A stretch of DNA of 64,000 nt from an uncultured Verrucomicrobiota bacterium (GTDB lineage: Bacteria > Verrucomicrobiota > Kiritimatiellia > CAIQIC01 > Lenti-01). Location of the stretch: NCBI GenBank assembly GCA_964436715.1, contig CAYTEK010000002.1, positions 4,282-68,281 of the forward strand, written 5' to 3'. Shown here piece by piece: positions 17,733 to 27,647 of this stretch. The notes under the pieces are model-generated. The model saw only the letters and a list, made by a program, of their open reading frames with translations. It was not told the origin of the DNA and searched no databases. Positions within the stretch are counted from its first letter, which is position 1. Every line of letters begins with the position of its first letter. Both the position numbers and the translations under genes were made by a program.

Positions 17733-20435
17733 ATGAACGCTCCGCACGCGCAGAAGGCCGAAGACGTCCTCGCCGCGCTCCGCTCTGGACCGAACGGGCT
17801 CTCCGCCGCCGAAGCCGCCGCGCGGCTGGCCACCCATGGCCCCAACGAGCTGCGGGAGACCATATCCCGACCGGCCTGGAAGATGCTGGTTGCCCAGTTC
17901 GTCGAGCCCATGATCCTCATTCTCGTCGCGGCGGCCGTGCTTTCCTTCGTCCTCGGCGACGTCACCGAGGGCGTCGCCATTCTCGCCATCGTCCTGCTGT
18001 TCGGCGTCCTGGGGTTCATCCAGGAATACCGCGCCGAAAAAGCCATGGCCGCCCTCAAGCAGCTGGCGAGCCCGGTCGTCCGAGTCCGCCGCGCCGGCGC
18101 CCTGCTGGAAATTCCCGCGCGGGAACTCGTGCCCGGCGACGTCGTCCAGCTCGAAACCGGCAACGTCGTGCCGGCCGACCTGCGGCTCATCCACGTCGTC
18201 CGCCTCGGCGTCATGGAAGCCGCCCTCACCGGCGAGTCGGAAGCCGTCCAAAAGCAAACCGGCGCGTTGGCCGACGACAAGCTGCCGTTGGGCGACCGCA
18301 GGAATCTCGCGTTCATGGGCACCGTCGTCGCCCACGGACGCGGCGAAGGCGTCGTGGTTGAAACCGGCATGCGCACCGAGCTCGGCAAGATCGCCGGCCT
18401 GATCCAGGAGATCGACGAAGGCCGCACGCCGCTGCAGCGCAAGCTCGCGCAGGTGGGCAAGCACCTGTCCATCGCGGGCCTCGGCGCGGCCCTCGCCCTG
18501 CTGACCATCGGCTTGCTGCGCGGCGAGAAATTCGGCGAAATGCTCCTGACCGCCGTCAGCCTGCTCGTCGCCGTGGTGCCGGAAGGCCTGCCGGCCGTCA
18601 TCACCGCCACGCTCGCCTTGGGCGGCCGGCGCATGCTGAAGCGCCACGCGCTCATCCGCAAGCTGCCCGCCGTCGAGACCCTCGGCGCCGTCACCGTCAT
18701 CTGCACCGACAAGACCGGCACCCTGACCGAAAACCGCATGACCGTCGCCCGGCTCCACACTCTCCATCGCGACGTGTTCCTGTCCGGCGAACGGGCCGAA
18801 CCGGCCCTGCCGAGCGCCGAAGACGAACCCGAACTCCTGCCCTTGCTGCTCGCCGCCGCGCTGTGCAACGACGGCCATCTCGTCCCCGAGGAAGCCGGCC
18901 GGCCGCCGCGCGCGATCGGCGACCCCACCGAAACCGCCCTGCTCGTCGCCGCCGAGCGCTTCGGCATCGCCACGCCGTCGCTCGGCGAAGAACTGCCGCG
19001 CCTCGCCGAATTTCCGTTCGATTCCGACCGCAAGCGCATGGCCACGCTCCACCGCGGCGACGCCGGGGACTATCCGTTGCCCGACGCCATGACCGCTCCC
19101 GTCCTGGCCGCCGTCAAGGGTTCGCCCGACGGCATGGCCCGGTTGGCCACGCACGTGCTGGATCAAGGTCGCATCGTGCCGCTCACCGACGAGATCCGCC
19201 GCAAATTCCACGTCGACAACGAACGCATGGCCAACGACGGCATCCGCGTGCTCGGCATCGCGTTCCGCCGCTTCGACGCGCCGCCGCCGAGCCAAGCCCA
19301 GGCCCGCGACGTCGAAACCGACCTCGTGTTCTGCGGGCTCGTCGGCATGCTGGATCCGCCGCGCGCCGCCGTCCGCGCCGCCGTGGCCGGCAGCCATGCC
19401 GCCGGCATCCGCACGATCATGATCACCGGCGACCATCCCCTCACCGCCGCCGCCATCGCCCGCAACCTGCGCCTCGCGCCGGCGGGCGCGGAACCGCGCG
19501 TCCTGACCGGCGCCGAGCTCGCCGCCCTTTCCGACGCCGACCTCGCGGCGCGGGTCGAGGAAATTTCCGTCTATGCCCGCGTTTCGCCGGAAGACAAGCT
19601 GCGCATCGTCGCCGCCCTGCAGAAGCGCGGGCACGTCGTCGCCATGACCGGCGACGGCGTGAACGATTCGCCGGCCCTCAAGCGCGCGGAAATCGGCGTG
19701 GCCATGGGCATCACCGGCACCGACGTCGCCAAGGAAGCCTCCAAGATGGTGCTGCTCGACGACAATTTCGCCACCATCGTCGCCGCCATCGAGGAAGGCC
19801 GCGTCATCTACGACAACCTCGTGCGCTTCATCAAGTATTCCTTCGGCGGCAATCTCGGCAAGGTGCTCGTCATGATGCTCGCGCCTCTCGCGGGCATCGG
19901 CGCGATGGCGCTGCGCCCGCTGCATCTGCTGTGGCTGAACCTGCTCACCGACGGCCTGATGGGTCTCGCCCTCGGCCTCGAATCCGCCGAACCCGACGTC
20001 ATGAACCGGCCGCCGCGCAAGCCCGCCGCTCCCATCCTCGACGGCGCCACCATCGCGCACGTGTCTTGGATGGGCGCGTTCATCTGCGGCGCGAGCCTGT
20101 TGCTGGCCGGCGCCTGGCATCGCTTCGGCTGGGGCGACGGCGAATGGCAGACGGTGCTGTTTTCGGCGATCGGCTTCGCGCAGATCGGCCAAGCCTGGGG
20201 TCTGCGCGCGCTCGCCGAAAAGCCGTTCCGCTTCGGCCGCAACCCCGCGCTGGCGGGCCTGACGCTCGTCACGCTCGTTTTGCAGCTTGGCGTCATCTAC
20301 GTGCCATCCCTGGCGCTGGCGTTCAAGCTGCAGCCGCTTTCCCCCGCCGGACTGGGCGCCACCGCGGGCCTCGGCCTGTTCACCTTCGTTCTCGTGCATC
20401 TCGAGCGCCGCCGGCATGGCCGCCGCCCGGTCTGA
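17733..20435 (+). CDS. Cation-transporting P-type ATPase (type II, Ca2+/Mg2+-ATPase-like)
   Basis: 'ICTDKTGTLTEN' phosphorylation motif, 'MTGDGVNDSPALKRAEIGVAMGITGTD' hinge, N-terminal Cation_ATPase_N, and C-terminal 10-TM domain. Confidence 0.9.
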   Translation: MNAPHAQKAEDVLAALRSGPNGLSAAEAAARLATHGPNELRETISRPAWKMLVAQFVEPMILILVAAAVLSFVLGDVTEGVAILAIVLLFGVLGFIQEYRAEKAMAALKQLASPVVRVRRAGALLEIPARELVPGDVVQLETGNVVPADLRLIHVVRLGVMEAALTGESEAVQKQTGALADDKLPLGDRRNLAFMGTVVAHGRGEGVVVETGMRTELGKIAGLIQEIDEGRTPLQRKLAQVGKHLSIAGLGAALALLTIGLLRGEKFGEMLLTAVSLLVAVVPEGLPAVITATLALGGRRMLKRHALIRKLPAVETLGAVTVICTDKTGTLTENRMTVARLHTLHRDVFLSGERAEPALPSAEDEPELLPLLLAAALCNDGHLVPEEAGRPPRAIGDPTETALLVAAERFGIATPSLGEELPRLAEFPFDSDRKRMATLHRGDAGDYPLPDAMTAPVLAAVKGSPDGMARLATHVLDQGRIVPLTDEIRRKFHVDNERMANDGIRVLGIAFRRFDAPPPSQAQARDVETDLVFCGLVGMLDPPRAAVRAAVAGSHAAGIRTIMITGDHPLTAAAIARNLRLAPAGAEPRVLTGAELAALSDADLAARVEEISVYARVSPEDKLRIVAALQKRGHVVAMTGDGVNDSPALKRAEIGVAMGITGTDVAKEASKMVLLDDNFATIVAAIEEGRVIYDNLVRFIKYSFGGNLGKVLVMMLAPLAGIGAMALRPLHLLWLNLLTDGLMGLALGLESAEPDVMNRPPRKPAAPILDGATIAHVSWMGAFICGASLLLAGAWHRFGWGDGEWQTVLFSAIGFAQIGQAWGLRALAEKPFRFGRNPALAGLTLVTLVLQLGVIYVPSLALAFKLQPLSPAGLGATAGLGLFTFVLVHLERRRHGRRPV

Positions 20436-20490
20436 CCGCGGATGCGGTTAGGCGCCGCTTGCGCGCGCATCCGTTTGGCGGCGTTTTGAA

Positions 20491-21639
20491 TTGACGCCGC
20501 GCCCCGCGGAGTTCAAAAGACCCGCCATGGTCTCCCTCGTGCCATTCTGCCGACAAGCGTTTCGTCGCTTGCACGGCTTGGCGCCAACCGCCGAAACGCC
20601 GCCGCTGTCGCCCGCGGACCGCGAAGTCCTCGCGGCCCAAGCGCGCCGCCATCGGCTGACCGGCCTGCTGCAAGCGGGCCTGTCGGCGGAAGCCGGCTTC
20701 GCGATGCCGACCGCCGCTTTCGGACAAGCCCAGCGCGCCGCGCGCTTCGCGCAGGAGGCCGAACGCCTGTTTGCGCTCCTGGCTCCGCGGCTCCGGCGCC
20801 TGGCGCTGCTGAAAGGCCCCGCGTTGGCCGCGCAGGCCTGGCCCCAGCTTGGTCTGCGCAGCTGCGACGATCTCGATTTTCTCTGCGACCCCGGCGATTT
20901 TGCGGCGCTCGTGGCCGGACTCGCCGCCGCCGGCTATGCGCCCGAAACCGACCATCCGCGCCATCTGGCCCATTTGTGGCACTACGGCTGGGGCGCGGCG
21001 TTCCGGCATCCCGACGGCTTTCTGGTGGAAGCGAACCGGCGCTTCTTTCCGCCGCAATATCCGTGGCCCGGCCGGTGCAACGGCCGCTGGAAAACGGCCT
21101 TCGCGCCCGTGCGGCTGGAAGAAGCCGAAGTCCGCGCGCCCACGCCGGCGCTGCACCTCTTGCTGAGTTGCCTGCACGCCGTCTGGCACGGCTGGGCGCG
21201 CCTGGCCTGGCTGGTCGACGTCGCCGGACTCCTCGTGCGGCATCCGGCGATCTTCCCGCAGGCGCTGGCGCTGGCCCGGCGCAGTTCCTTCGCGGAACAA
21301 GCGTTGATCGCCGGCTGCGGCGTGGCCGATGCGCTTTTCGGACCAAATCTTGCCGCGCCGCCGTTGCCCGCGGCGCCGGCGGCGGCGGTCGCCGAAGCCG
21401 TCGCCTTGCTGGACGGCGCCGCGCGCCCGCTGGGCGGCCGCGAATTGCGCCGCCTGCATGAACGCTTCATGACGCCGGCGGAAATCGCGTTCTATCGCTT
21501 GCGCCGCACGTTCACGCCCGGCGACGGCGATTTCCGTTGGATCGCCCTGCCAATCCCCTTGCGCGGCTTGTATTGGCTCCTGCGCCCCCTGCGCGGTGCG
21601 CTCTACGACACCCATTTCCTCAAGCCGGGCGCGCGATAA
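20491..21639 (+). CDS. Nucleotidyltransferase-family protein (NTP_transf_5/PF14907-like), hypothetical
   Basis: 'CDDLDFLCDPGDFAALVAGLAAAGY' is a minimal NTase-fold motif. Start is uncertain (ATG 20491 or 20527). Confidence 0.5.
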   Translation: MTPRPAEFKRPAMVSLVPFCRQAFRRLHGLAPTAETPPLSPADREVLAAQARRHRLTGLLQAGLSAEAGFAMPTAAFGQAQRAARFAQEAERLFALLAPRLRRLALLKGPALAAQAWPQLGLRSCDDLDFLCDPGDFAALVAGLAAAGYAPETDHPRHLAHLWHYGWGAAFRHPDGFLVEANRRFFPPQYPWPGRCNGRWKTAFAPVRLEEAEVRAPTPALHLLLSCLHAVWHGWARLAWLVDVAGLLVRHPAIFPQALALARRSSFAEQALIAGCGVADALFGPNLAAPPLPAAPAAAVAEAVALLDGAARPLGGRELRRLHERFMTPAEIAFYRLRRTFTPGDGDFRWIALPIPLRGLYWLLRPLRGALYDTHFLKPGAR

Positions 21640-22595
21640 AGCGCCGCGCACGTCGCCCAGCTGGCGCCGAAAGCCAGCCCGATGACGGCCACCGCGGCGA
21701 ACGCCGAATCCAACGGCCAGCCGGCCGCGCCGGCGATCGTCTGCAATCCCTCCACGAAAAAGCCGTGGACGAAGAAAATGCCGTAGCTGAGGATCGAAAT
21801 CCGCCGCACCCATTCCGGCATGGGCCCGCCGTCCCGATAGATCGCCCACACCGTCAGGGCTAGCGCCAACGGCGCCGGGCACCACGCGGACGGCAGCGGT
21901 CCAAACGCCACCGCCGCCGCCACGACCGCCGCCGCCGCGGACAGCGCGCGCCGCCGCGGCGCATCGAGCGGCCACCGCCAGCGCCCCAGCGCCAGCGCGA
22001 GGCCCAACGGCACGAAGCCCGTCAGCCCCAACGCGTGGACGAACAGGCTGTGGGCCGGCGCCAACTCCAGGTCCGCGGAAATCCGCTGGCCCGCCCACAG
22101 CAGCGCCACGCCCGCCGCGGCCAACGCCCAAGCGGCCCATCCGCGCCCGCGCGCGCAACGACCGCACCACAGGATCGCCGGCAAAAACAACCCGCTCCAA
22201 TACATCAAGGCAGCGATGAAATACAGCTGGTAGGAGGCGCCGCCCAGCAGGACGACCGCCGGCCAATCGACGTCCAGCGGCGCCGCGCCGGCGACGACGG
22301 CGTGTTTGGCGGCGCGCACGACGACGTAGGCCGCGCTCCAGAACAGATACGGCGGCAGCAGGCGCGCCAGCCGTTTCCGCAGCACGGCCCCCGCCCGCTC
22401 TTCCGGATGTCGCAGCGCGGCGTGCTGCATCAGGAAAAAGCTGGCGAGCACGAATAGCGGCACCGCCGCGCCCGCCAGGCCGGAAGCGCGCAGCGCCCAA
22501 ACGCTGGTGTCGCAGCCATGGATCCACACGACGCCGAAAATGGCCGCCGCGCGCAGCAAGTCGAACCCTTCGATGCGTTCGGCGCCGGCGGTCAT
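21603..22595 (-). CDS. Acyltransferase family 3 (OafA/YrhL-like membrane O-acyltransferase)
   Basis: 'FDLLRAAAIFGVVWIHG' and a ~10-TM profile. ATGA overlap with the upstream GT4. The ORF-track N-terminal extension was rejected as low complexity. Confidence 0.7.
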   Translation of the reverse strand: MTAGAERIEGFDLLRAAAIFGVVWIHGCDTSVWALRASGLAGAAVPLFVLASFFLMQHAALRHPEERAGAVLRKRLARLLPPYLFWSAAYVVVRAAKHAVVAGAAPLDVDWPAVVLLGGASYQLYFIAALMYWSGLFLPAILWCGRCARGRGWAAWALAAAGVALLWAGQRISADLELAPAHSLFVHALGLTGFVPLGLALALGRWRWPLDAPRRRALSAAAAVVAAAVAFGPLPSAWCPAPLALALTVWAIYRDGGPMPEWVRRISILSYGIFFVHGFFVEGLQTIAGAAGWPLDSAFAAVAVIGLAFGASWATCAALYRAPGLRKWVS

Positions 22596-23713
22596 GCGCC
22601 TGCCAGCTCCGCGACGAGCGCGACGAGCGGCCGCGAACATTCGTCCCAGGAAAACCGCGCCGCGTTGGCCCGCGCCGCCGCCGACAACCGCGCCCATTCC
22701 GCCTCGTCTTCCAGCAGCGTCCGCAGCGCCGCGGCGACGCCGGGCACGTCGTCGGGATCGCGGAACAGGCCGCCCGCGCCGCAGATCTCGGGCACGGCGC
22801 AGACCGTCGAGCTCACGACCGGCGTGCCGAACAGCTGCGCTTCGATGGCGGGAATGCCGAACGATTCGCACCGGCTCATCAGGCAGAACGCCCGCGCCCG
22901 CGCGCAGAGGGCATCGAGCCGCTCGCGCGGCACGAAGCCGGCGAATTCCACGGCCGCGGCCACGCCGAGCGCGGCGGCCAGCGCGCGCATTTCGCGTTCG
23001 TAGGCGGGATCGGGCCAGGATCCGGCGAACACCAGCCGGGCCTGCGGGCAGCGGTCGCGCACGTCGCGCAGCGCGCGCAGCAGCGTCTCCGCGTTCTTGT
23101 GCCGGCCCATGACGGACGTGCACAGGATCAATCCCGGTTCGCGCGGGATGCCCGCGGCCGCGGCGGCGCGCGCCCGGGTGGCGTCTTCCGCCGCCTGGTA
23201 CGCCACGAGGCCGCGCTTTTCCGCGAAGCCGGCGTGGGCGCGATAGGCCTCCTGCATGTAGCGGGAATTGAACACTAACGCGTCCGCCGCGCGCAGCGCG
23301 CGGCGATAGGCGCGGCGCTGCAGCCACGCCTTGGCGAAATCGCGCCGCCGCCGCGCGGCCGACACCAGCGCCCACGGATTCTGGCAGAAAACGATCTGTG
23401 GCACGTCCAGCCCGCGGGCGGCGATGCCGTTGGGCGCGAAATAGGCGGCGACGTCCAGCCGCCGCGCGAGCCGCGCCAGGTGCAGCCGTTCCCACGCCGC
23501 GCGGCACGGCCAGCGGCGCGTGGCGGCCGGCGCGAATTCCCAATCCGCGCCGGCGCCCAGTCCGGCGCGCAGCGCGGCCATGTCGGCGCGGCCCAGCATG
23601 ACCAAACGCACGCGCCCGCGCAGATTCCGTTCGATCTGTCCCAAATGCCCCAGCAGCACGTGCACGCCGCTCGGGTTGGTCGCCGACAACGCGTTGACCA
23701 GCAGCCTACGCAT
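22592..23713 (-). CDS. Glycosyltransferase family 4
   Basis: C-terminal 'ESFGIPAIEAQLFGTPVV' GT4 motif (the Glu-X7-Glu region). Confidence 0.75.
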   Translation of the reverse strand: MRRLLVNALSATNPSGVHVLLGHLGQIERNLRGRVRLVMLGRADMAALRAGLGAGADWEFAPAATRRWPCRAAWERLHLARLARRLDVAAYFAPNGIAARGLDVPQIVFCQNPWALVSAARRRRDFAKAWLQRRAYRRALRAADALVFNSRYMQEAYRAHAGFAEKRGLVAYQAAEDATRARAAAAAGIPREPGLILCTSVMGRHKNAETLLRALRDVRDRCPQARLVFAGSWPDPAYEREMRALAAALGVAAAVEFAGFVPRERLDALCARARAFCLMSRCESFGIPAIEAQLFGTPVVSSTVCAVPEICGAGGLFRDPDDVPGVAAALRTLLEDEAEWARLSAAARANAARFSWDECSRPLVALVAELAGA

Positions 23714-25601
23714 GGAGCGCCACGTCCGTCTCGACGATGTCCCAGCGCACCAGCCGCACGGGCACGCCCTGCAGCATCTGCCGCAGGCCCGCGAGCGCGG
23801 CGGCATCGACGGCCTCGACGAGATAGACGACGGCGATGCGATGCTGGACGATCAGCGCCGGCAATTCGCGCCAGGTGCCGACGACGCGGATGCCGTGGAC
23901 GAAATGCCCCGTGATGGCGGCATCCTCGCTGACCAGCCCGACGACTTCGAGCGGCTCGCGCGCGGGGGCGCGGAAGGAAATCTGCCGGAGGAACAGCGTG
24001 GTGCGATAGCCCGCGCCGCAGACGAGCGCGCGCACCGGCGCGAAACCGTCGGCCCGGGGACCGCGCATCCGCCATTGCATGAGGTCCTGCACCACGCGCA
24101 GGGCGGCGCGGGTCAGCACCACCGCCGGTGCGGCCAGGCCCGCCAGCAGCAGGTAATAGAGCGCCAGCGACAGGACCTCGCTGCGGCCGCGCGCGACGAG
24201 CAGCTGCAAGCCGCAGGCGATGGCGTAGCCCAGCGTCACGGCCAGGCCCGTCGCGGCGTATTCCGACACCCGCGCCAGATACCAGACGCGCGAGTAGGAA
24301 CGGAACAGCAGCAGCACCACGAACGGCACGAACAGATCCATGGGCGCGGCCTGCAACCACGCGGTCTTCAGCGCCACGTCCAGCGTGCCGTCCTGCAGGT
24401 CCAGCAAGGCGCGGCCGATCAGCAGGACGACGTTCAGGATGAGCACGTCGCCCGCGATGTAGAACAGAAGCGTTTGGTTGCGCCGCACCGGCCGCGCCAA
24501 GCCCTGCAGCGCGACGCGGCCGCTTTCCTGCAGTTCGATGCCCGCCAGATGCCGCACGACCGTGTAGGCCGCCAGCAGGAACGCCAGCACCAGGATGCCC
24601 AGCGCCCGGTCGTGGAACACGGTCGCGAGAATGCCCACCGCCACCAGCGCCGCCGTGGCGACGTAGAGCAGGCCCGCCACCTGCCCCTGGCCATGGCCTT
24701 TTCGCAGCAGGCGATGGTGCAAATGGTCCGCGTCCGCCTCGTCCAAACCCGGCCCGGGCCCTTGCCCGGCGCCGCGGCTAAGCATCCGGCGCATGGCGCG
24801 GCGCCAAACGGCCAGCACCACGTCGAACAGCGGCACGCCCACCGCCAGCAGCGGCATGCCGAGACCCGCCATGAACGGCCCCTTCGAATTCGTCGAAATC
24901 GACAGCGCCGCCAACGTGAAGCCCAGGAACATGCTGCCGGCATCGCCCAAAAACACGCTGGCCGGATGGAAATTGTAGCGCAGGAACCCGAGGCACGCGC
25001 CCGCCAACCCCAAGAACAGCAGCACGTCGCCCGGCGACCCGCGGAACACCAGCGACAGGCCGATGCCCGCCGCCGCGATCGACGCGATGCCGGCCGCCAG
25101 TCCATCCACGCCGTCGATGAGGTTGAAGGCGTTCATCAGCGCGACGAACCAGAAGATCGTCGCCACGGCATCCACCCATTCCGGAAACGCGAAGCCGAGG
25201 ATGTTCTGGAGGTGGATTCCCGACTCGAAGGCCGCCGCGGCCAAGACCACCTGCCCCGCCAGCTTCACCAGCGGCTTGAGCTCCCACCGATCGTCCAGCA
25301 GGCCCAGCAGCACCACGCCCGCGCTCAACGGCAAAAAGCGATACCACCAGTCGATGGACACCTGGCCCACGAACGGTTTCCAGGGAAACAGGAACACGGC
25401 CGCGCAAGCCACGTGGAACCCGACGAACACCGCCAGTCCGCCGCCGCGCGGAACCGGCTGGCGATGCACCTTGCGCTCGGTCGGGCGATCCATGAAGCCC
25501 CACCCCGGCGCCAGCCGCCGCCACAACGGCGTCAGCGCCAGCGCCGCCAGCAAGCCGACCAGGAAGACGGTCGGATATTTCAAAATGGCTTCGAGGCTCA
25601 T
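23706..25601 (-). CDS. WecA/MraY-family polyprenyl-phosphate HexNAc-1-phosphate transferase fused to a C-terminal TM + CoA-binding-like (WbaP N-terminus-like) domain
   Basis: 'MDRPTERKVHRQPVPRGGGLA', 'LLDDRWEL', 'NAFNLIDGVDGLAAG' identify the MraY/WecA family. An extra ~280 aa carries TM helices and 'VGLVSEDAAITGHFVHGIRVVGTWRELPALI'. Confidence 0.75.
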   Translation of the reverse strand: MSLEAILKYPTVFLVGLLAALALTPLWRRLAPGWGFMDRPTERKVHRQPVPRGGGLAVFVGFHVACAAVFLFPWKPFVGQVSIDWWYRFLPLSAGVVLLGLLDDRWELKPLVKLAGQVVLAAAAFESGIHLQNILGFAFPEWVDAVATIFWFVALMNAFNLIDGVDGLAAGIASIAAAGIGLSLVFRGSPGDVLLFLGLAGACLGFLRYNFHPASVFLGDAGSMFLGFTLAALSISTNSKGPFMAGLGMPLLAVGVPLFDVVLAVWRRAMRRMLSRGAGQGPGPGLDEADADHLHHRLLRKGHGQGQVAGLLYVATAALVAVGILATVFHDRALGILVLAFLLAAYTVVRHLAGIELQESGRVALQGLARPVRRNQTLLFYIAGDVLILNVVLLIGRALLDLQDGTLDVALKTAWLQAAPMDLFVPFVVLLLFRSYSRVWYLARVSEYAATGLAVTLGYAIACGLQLLVARGRSEVLSLALYYLLLAGLAAPAVVLTRAALRVVQDLMQWRMRGPRADGFAPVRALVCGAGYRTTLFLRQISFRAPAREPLEVVGLVSEDAAITGHFVHGIRVVGTWRELPALIVQHRIAVVYLVEAVDAAALAGLRQMLQGVPVRLVRWDIVETDVALHA

Positions 25602-26797
25602 GCTCGTTCCTTCGCGGCCCGTTCCACCAATTCGGCCATTTTAGCGCAATTTGCCTTTTGCGCAAAGCGTTGTTCGCCGATCCGGGCGGCGCCGGCGCCT
25701 TTTTCCGCGCGCCGCCGCGCATCGCCGATTTCATCCGCGACCGCCGCGAGCGCGGCGGCATCGCCCGGCGGCAACATCCAACCGGCGTTCGCCGCCGCCA
25801 GCCAGCGGCCGACGGCGCTTTCCGGTGGTCCCGCGAAAACGACCGGCCGACCCAGTGCGCAGGCAGCCTGGAATTTGCTTGGCACCACTACGCCCGTCCA
25901 TTCCGGCCGTTGGGAAACCAAGTGGACGTCGGCGGCCAACAGGTGGGCCGCCGCCGTTTCAGCCGGCGCCGGCGGCAGGAATTCGAACCGGTCGCCCCAG
26001 CGCCGTTCCCATTCCGCGCGCGACGGTCCGGCGCCGGCGAACACGAAACGGCTGCGCGGCGCTTGGGCTTTCATGGCTTCCGCCAGCGCGGCGAATTCGT
26101 CCGCGCGATGGGCGCGGCCCATGTTGCCGCTGTAGAGCAGGACGATCTCGTCGGCGGTCCAGCCGCGCGCGCGGCGGAGGTCGCGCGCGGCGGCGCGGGT
26201 CGCATCGTCGGCGGCGAGTCCGCTCCAGACGGGTATTTCCTCGACGCGGGCGGCGCCGCTCGCGCGCAGGAGTTCCGCCATGTCGGGACCCAAGGCGACG
26301 GCGGCGAACGCCCGACGGCGTTCCTCGCGCGCCGCGGCGGCCAAGAGCGGTTTCAGCGGATTCCAGGGCCGCAGCCAGCCGTGCGCCGCCAAGGCCTCGG
26401 GATAGAGATCCATGCACCACAGCACGAACGGCGTGCCGTGCGTTTTGCGTTCGTGCGCGCCGAGCAAGCCGATGAACGGCGGCGTGGTCAGGCACACGAC
26501 GGCGTCCAGGCGGGGCAACCGCGCCAGTGCCCGCCGCGCACCGCGAAAGAAGGCCAGATAGTCGGCGAATTTCGCGCCGGCGCCGTGCCGATGGACGTCG
26601 CTCCGGCCCACGCGCACCACCTGCGCGCCGGCGAGCGCGGCCGGCGCCGCGGCGGCTTCCGCGCCATAGCCCGCGGCGGAGGCCAGCACCGTCGCGGCAT
26701 GGCCGCGCCGCACCAGTTCCGCGGCCAAATCGGCCAGCAGGCGGCCCGTAGGCGCCTGAGCCGGCGGAAAGAACTGGTTGATCAGCGCGACGTTCAT
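25598..26797 (-). CDS. Glycosyltransferase family 4
   Basis: 'MNVALINQFFPPAQAPTGR', 'GTPFVLWCMDLYPE', and 'VVPSKFQAACALGRPVV' GT4 C-terminal domain. Confidence 0.75.
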   Translation of the reverse strand: MNVALINQFFPPAQAPTGRLLADLAAELVRRGHAATVLASAAGYGAEAAAAPAALAGAQVVRVGRSDVHRHGAGAKFADYLAFFRGARRALARLPRLDAVVCLTTPPFIGLLGAHERKTHGTPFVLWCMDLYPEALAAHGWLRPWNPLKPLLAAAAREERRRAFAAVALGPDMAELLRASGAARVEEIPVWSGLAADDATRAAARDLRRARGWTADEIVLLYSGNMGRAHRADEFAALAEAMKAQAPRSRFVFAGAGPSRAEWERRWGDRFEFLPPAPAETAAAHLLAADVHLVSQRPEWTGVVVPSKFQAACALGRPVVFAGPPESAVGRWLAAANAGWMLPPGDAAALAAVADEIGDARRRAEKGAGAARIGEQRFAQKANCAKMAELVERAAKERA

Positions 26798-27633
26798 TTT
26801 CCGTCCGGCGGCGGTTTGCGCAATTCGGCGTCGATCATGCGTTCGTAGCCGGCCATTTCGCGGCAATAGCGCCAACCGGCTGCGCCGTCGAGAAAGCCCA
26901 GGCGCAGGACGTAGGCGTAGAGAAAACGCAGCAGGGGCCGGCCCGGCAGGCGATAGGACAGCGCGCGCGCCGCGGCGCGGCGGGCGGCGCGATCGCGACT
27001 GCCCAGCGCCCGCAGGGACCCGCCGGCGCCGCCGGCGCGGATGCGCGCGGCCTCGGCGACCGCGTAGCGCAGATGCCGGGCGCGCCATTCGGCCCAGCCC
27101 TTGGAAAAATTGTAGTGTCGCAGCGGCGCGTCGAAATAGACGGCGGCGGCCGGCGCGGCCGCCAGCGTTTCCCCATGCCCGCGCATGGCGTAGCGCGCGC
27201 CCCGACGATGCACCAGGCGCGGCACGTACACCGGATAGTCCGCGCTGAAGCGCAGCCACTTTTCCCCCAGCATCACCTGGCGGGCGAGATAGCCGACGGC
27301 GCCGGTCGCCAGCGCCGGCAGGCGCCGGCGGATTTCGGCCAGCAGTTCCGGCGTTGCGACCTCGTCGGCGTCCAGATGCAGGACCCAATCGTTTTGCAGA
27401 CCGGCTTCGTCCAGCGCCCAGTTGCGCTGGTCGGCGAACGAAACGAACGGATGGACGACGACGCGCGCCCCGCATGCGGCGGCGACGCGCGGACTGTCGT
27501 CGGCGCTGCCGTCGTCCACCACGACGACCTCGGCGCAGTCCCGCAGCGCGCGCAGGCAGCGCGGCAGATTGGCCGCTTCGTCGTGGGAGAGCACGACCGC
27601 CGAGATGGGAATAACTTCGTTCAAACCGTTCAT
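26794..27633 (-). CDS. Glycosyltransferase family 2
   Basis: 'ISAVVLSHDEAANLPRCL...VVVVDDGSADDS' and the 'LHLDADE' DXD motif. ATG 27633 chosen; the N-terminal asparagine-rich repeat was excluded. Confidence 0.7.
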   Translation of the reverse strand: MNGLNEVIPISAVVLSHDEAANLPRCLRALRDCAEVVVVDDGSADDSPRVAAACGARVVVHPFVSFADQRNWALDEAGLQNDWVLHLDADEVATPELLAEIRRRLPALATGAVGYLARQVMLGEKWLRFSADYPVYVPRLVHRRGARYAMRGHGETLAAAPAAAVYFDAPLRHYNFSKGWAEWRARHLRYAVAEAARIRAGGAGGSLRALGSRDRAARRAAARALSYRLPGRPLLRFLYAYVLRLGFLDGAAGWRYCREMAGYERMIDAELRKPPPDGK

Positions 27634-27647
27634 GCCGTTGAAATCGT

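Noticed and set aside
17577-20417. 946-aa minus-strand ORF opposite the P-type ATPase
   Set aside because: Antisense high-GC artefact. The plus-strand frame carries unmistakable P-type ATPase motifs (DKTGTLT, GDGVNDSPAL).
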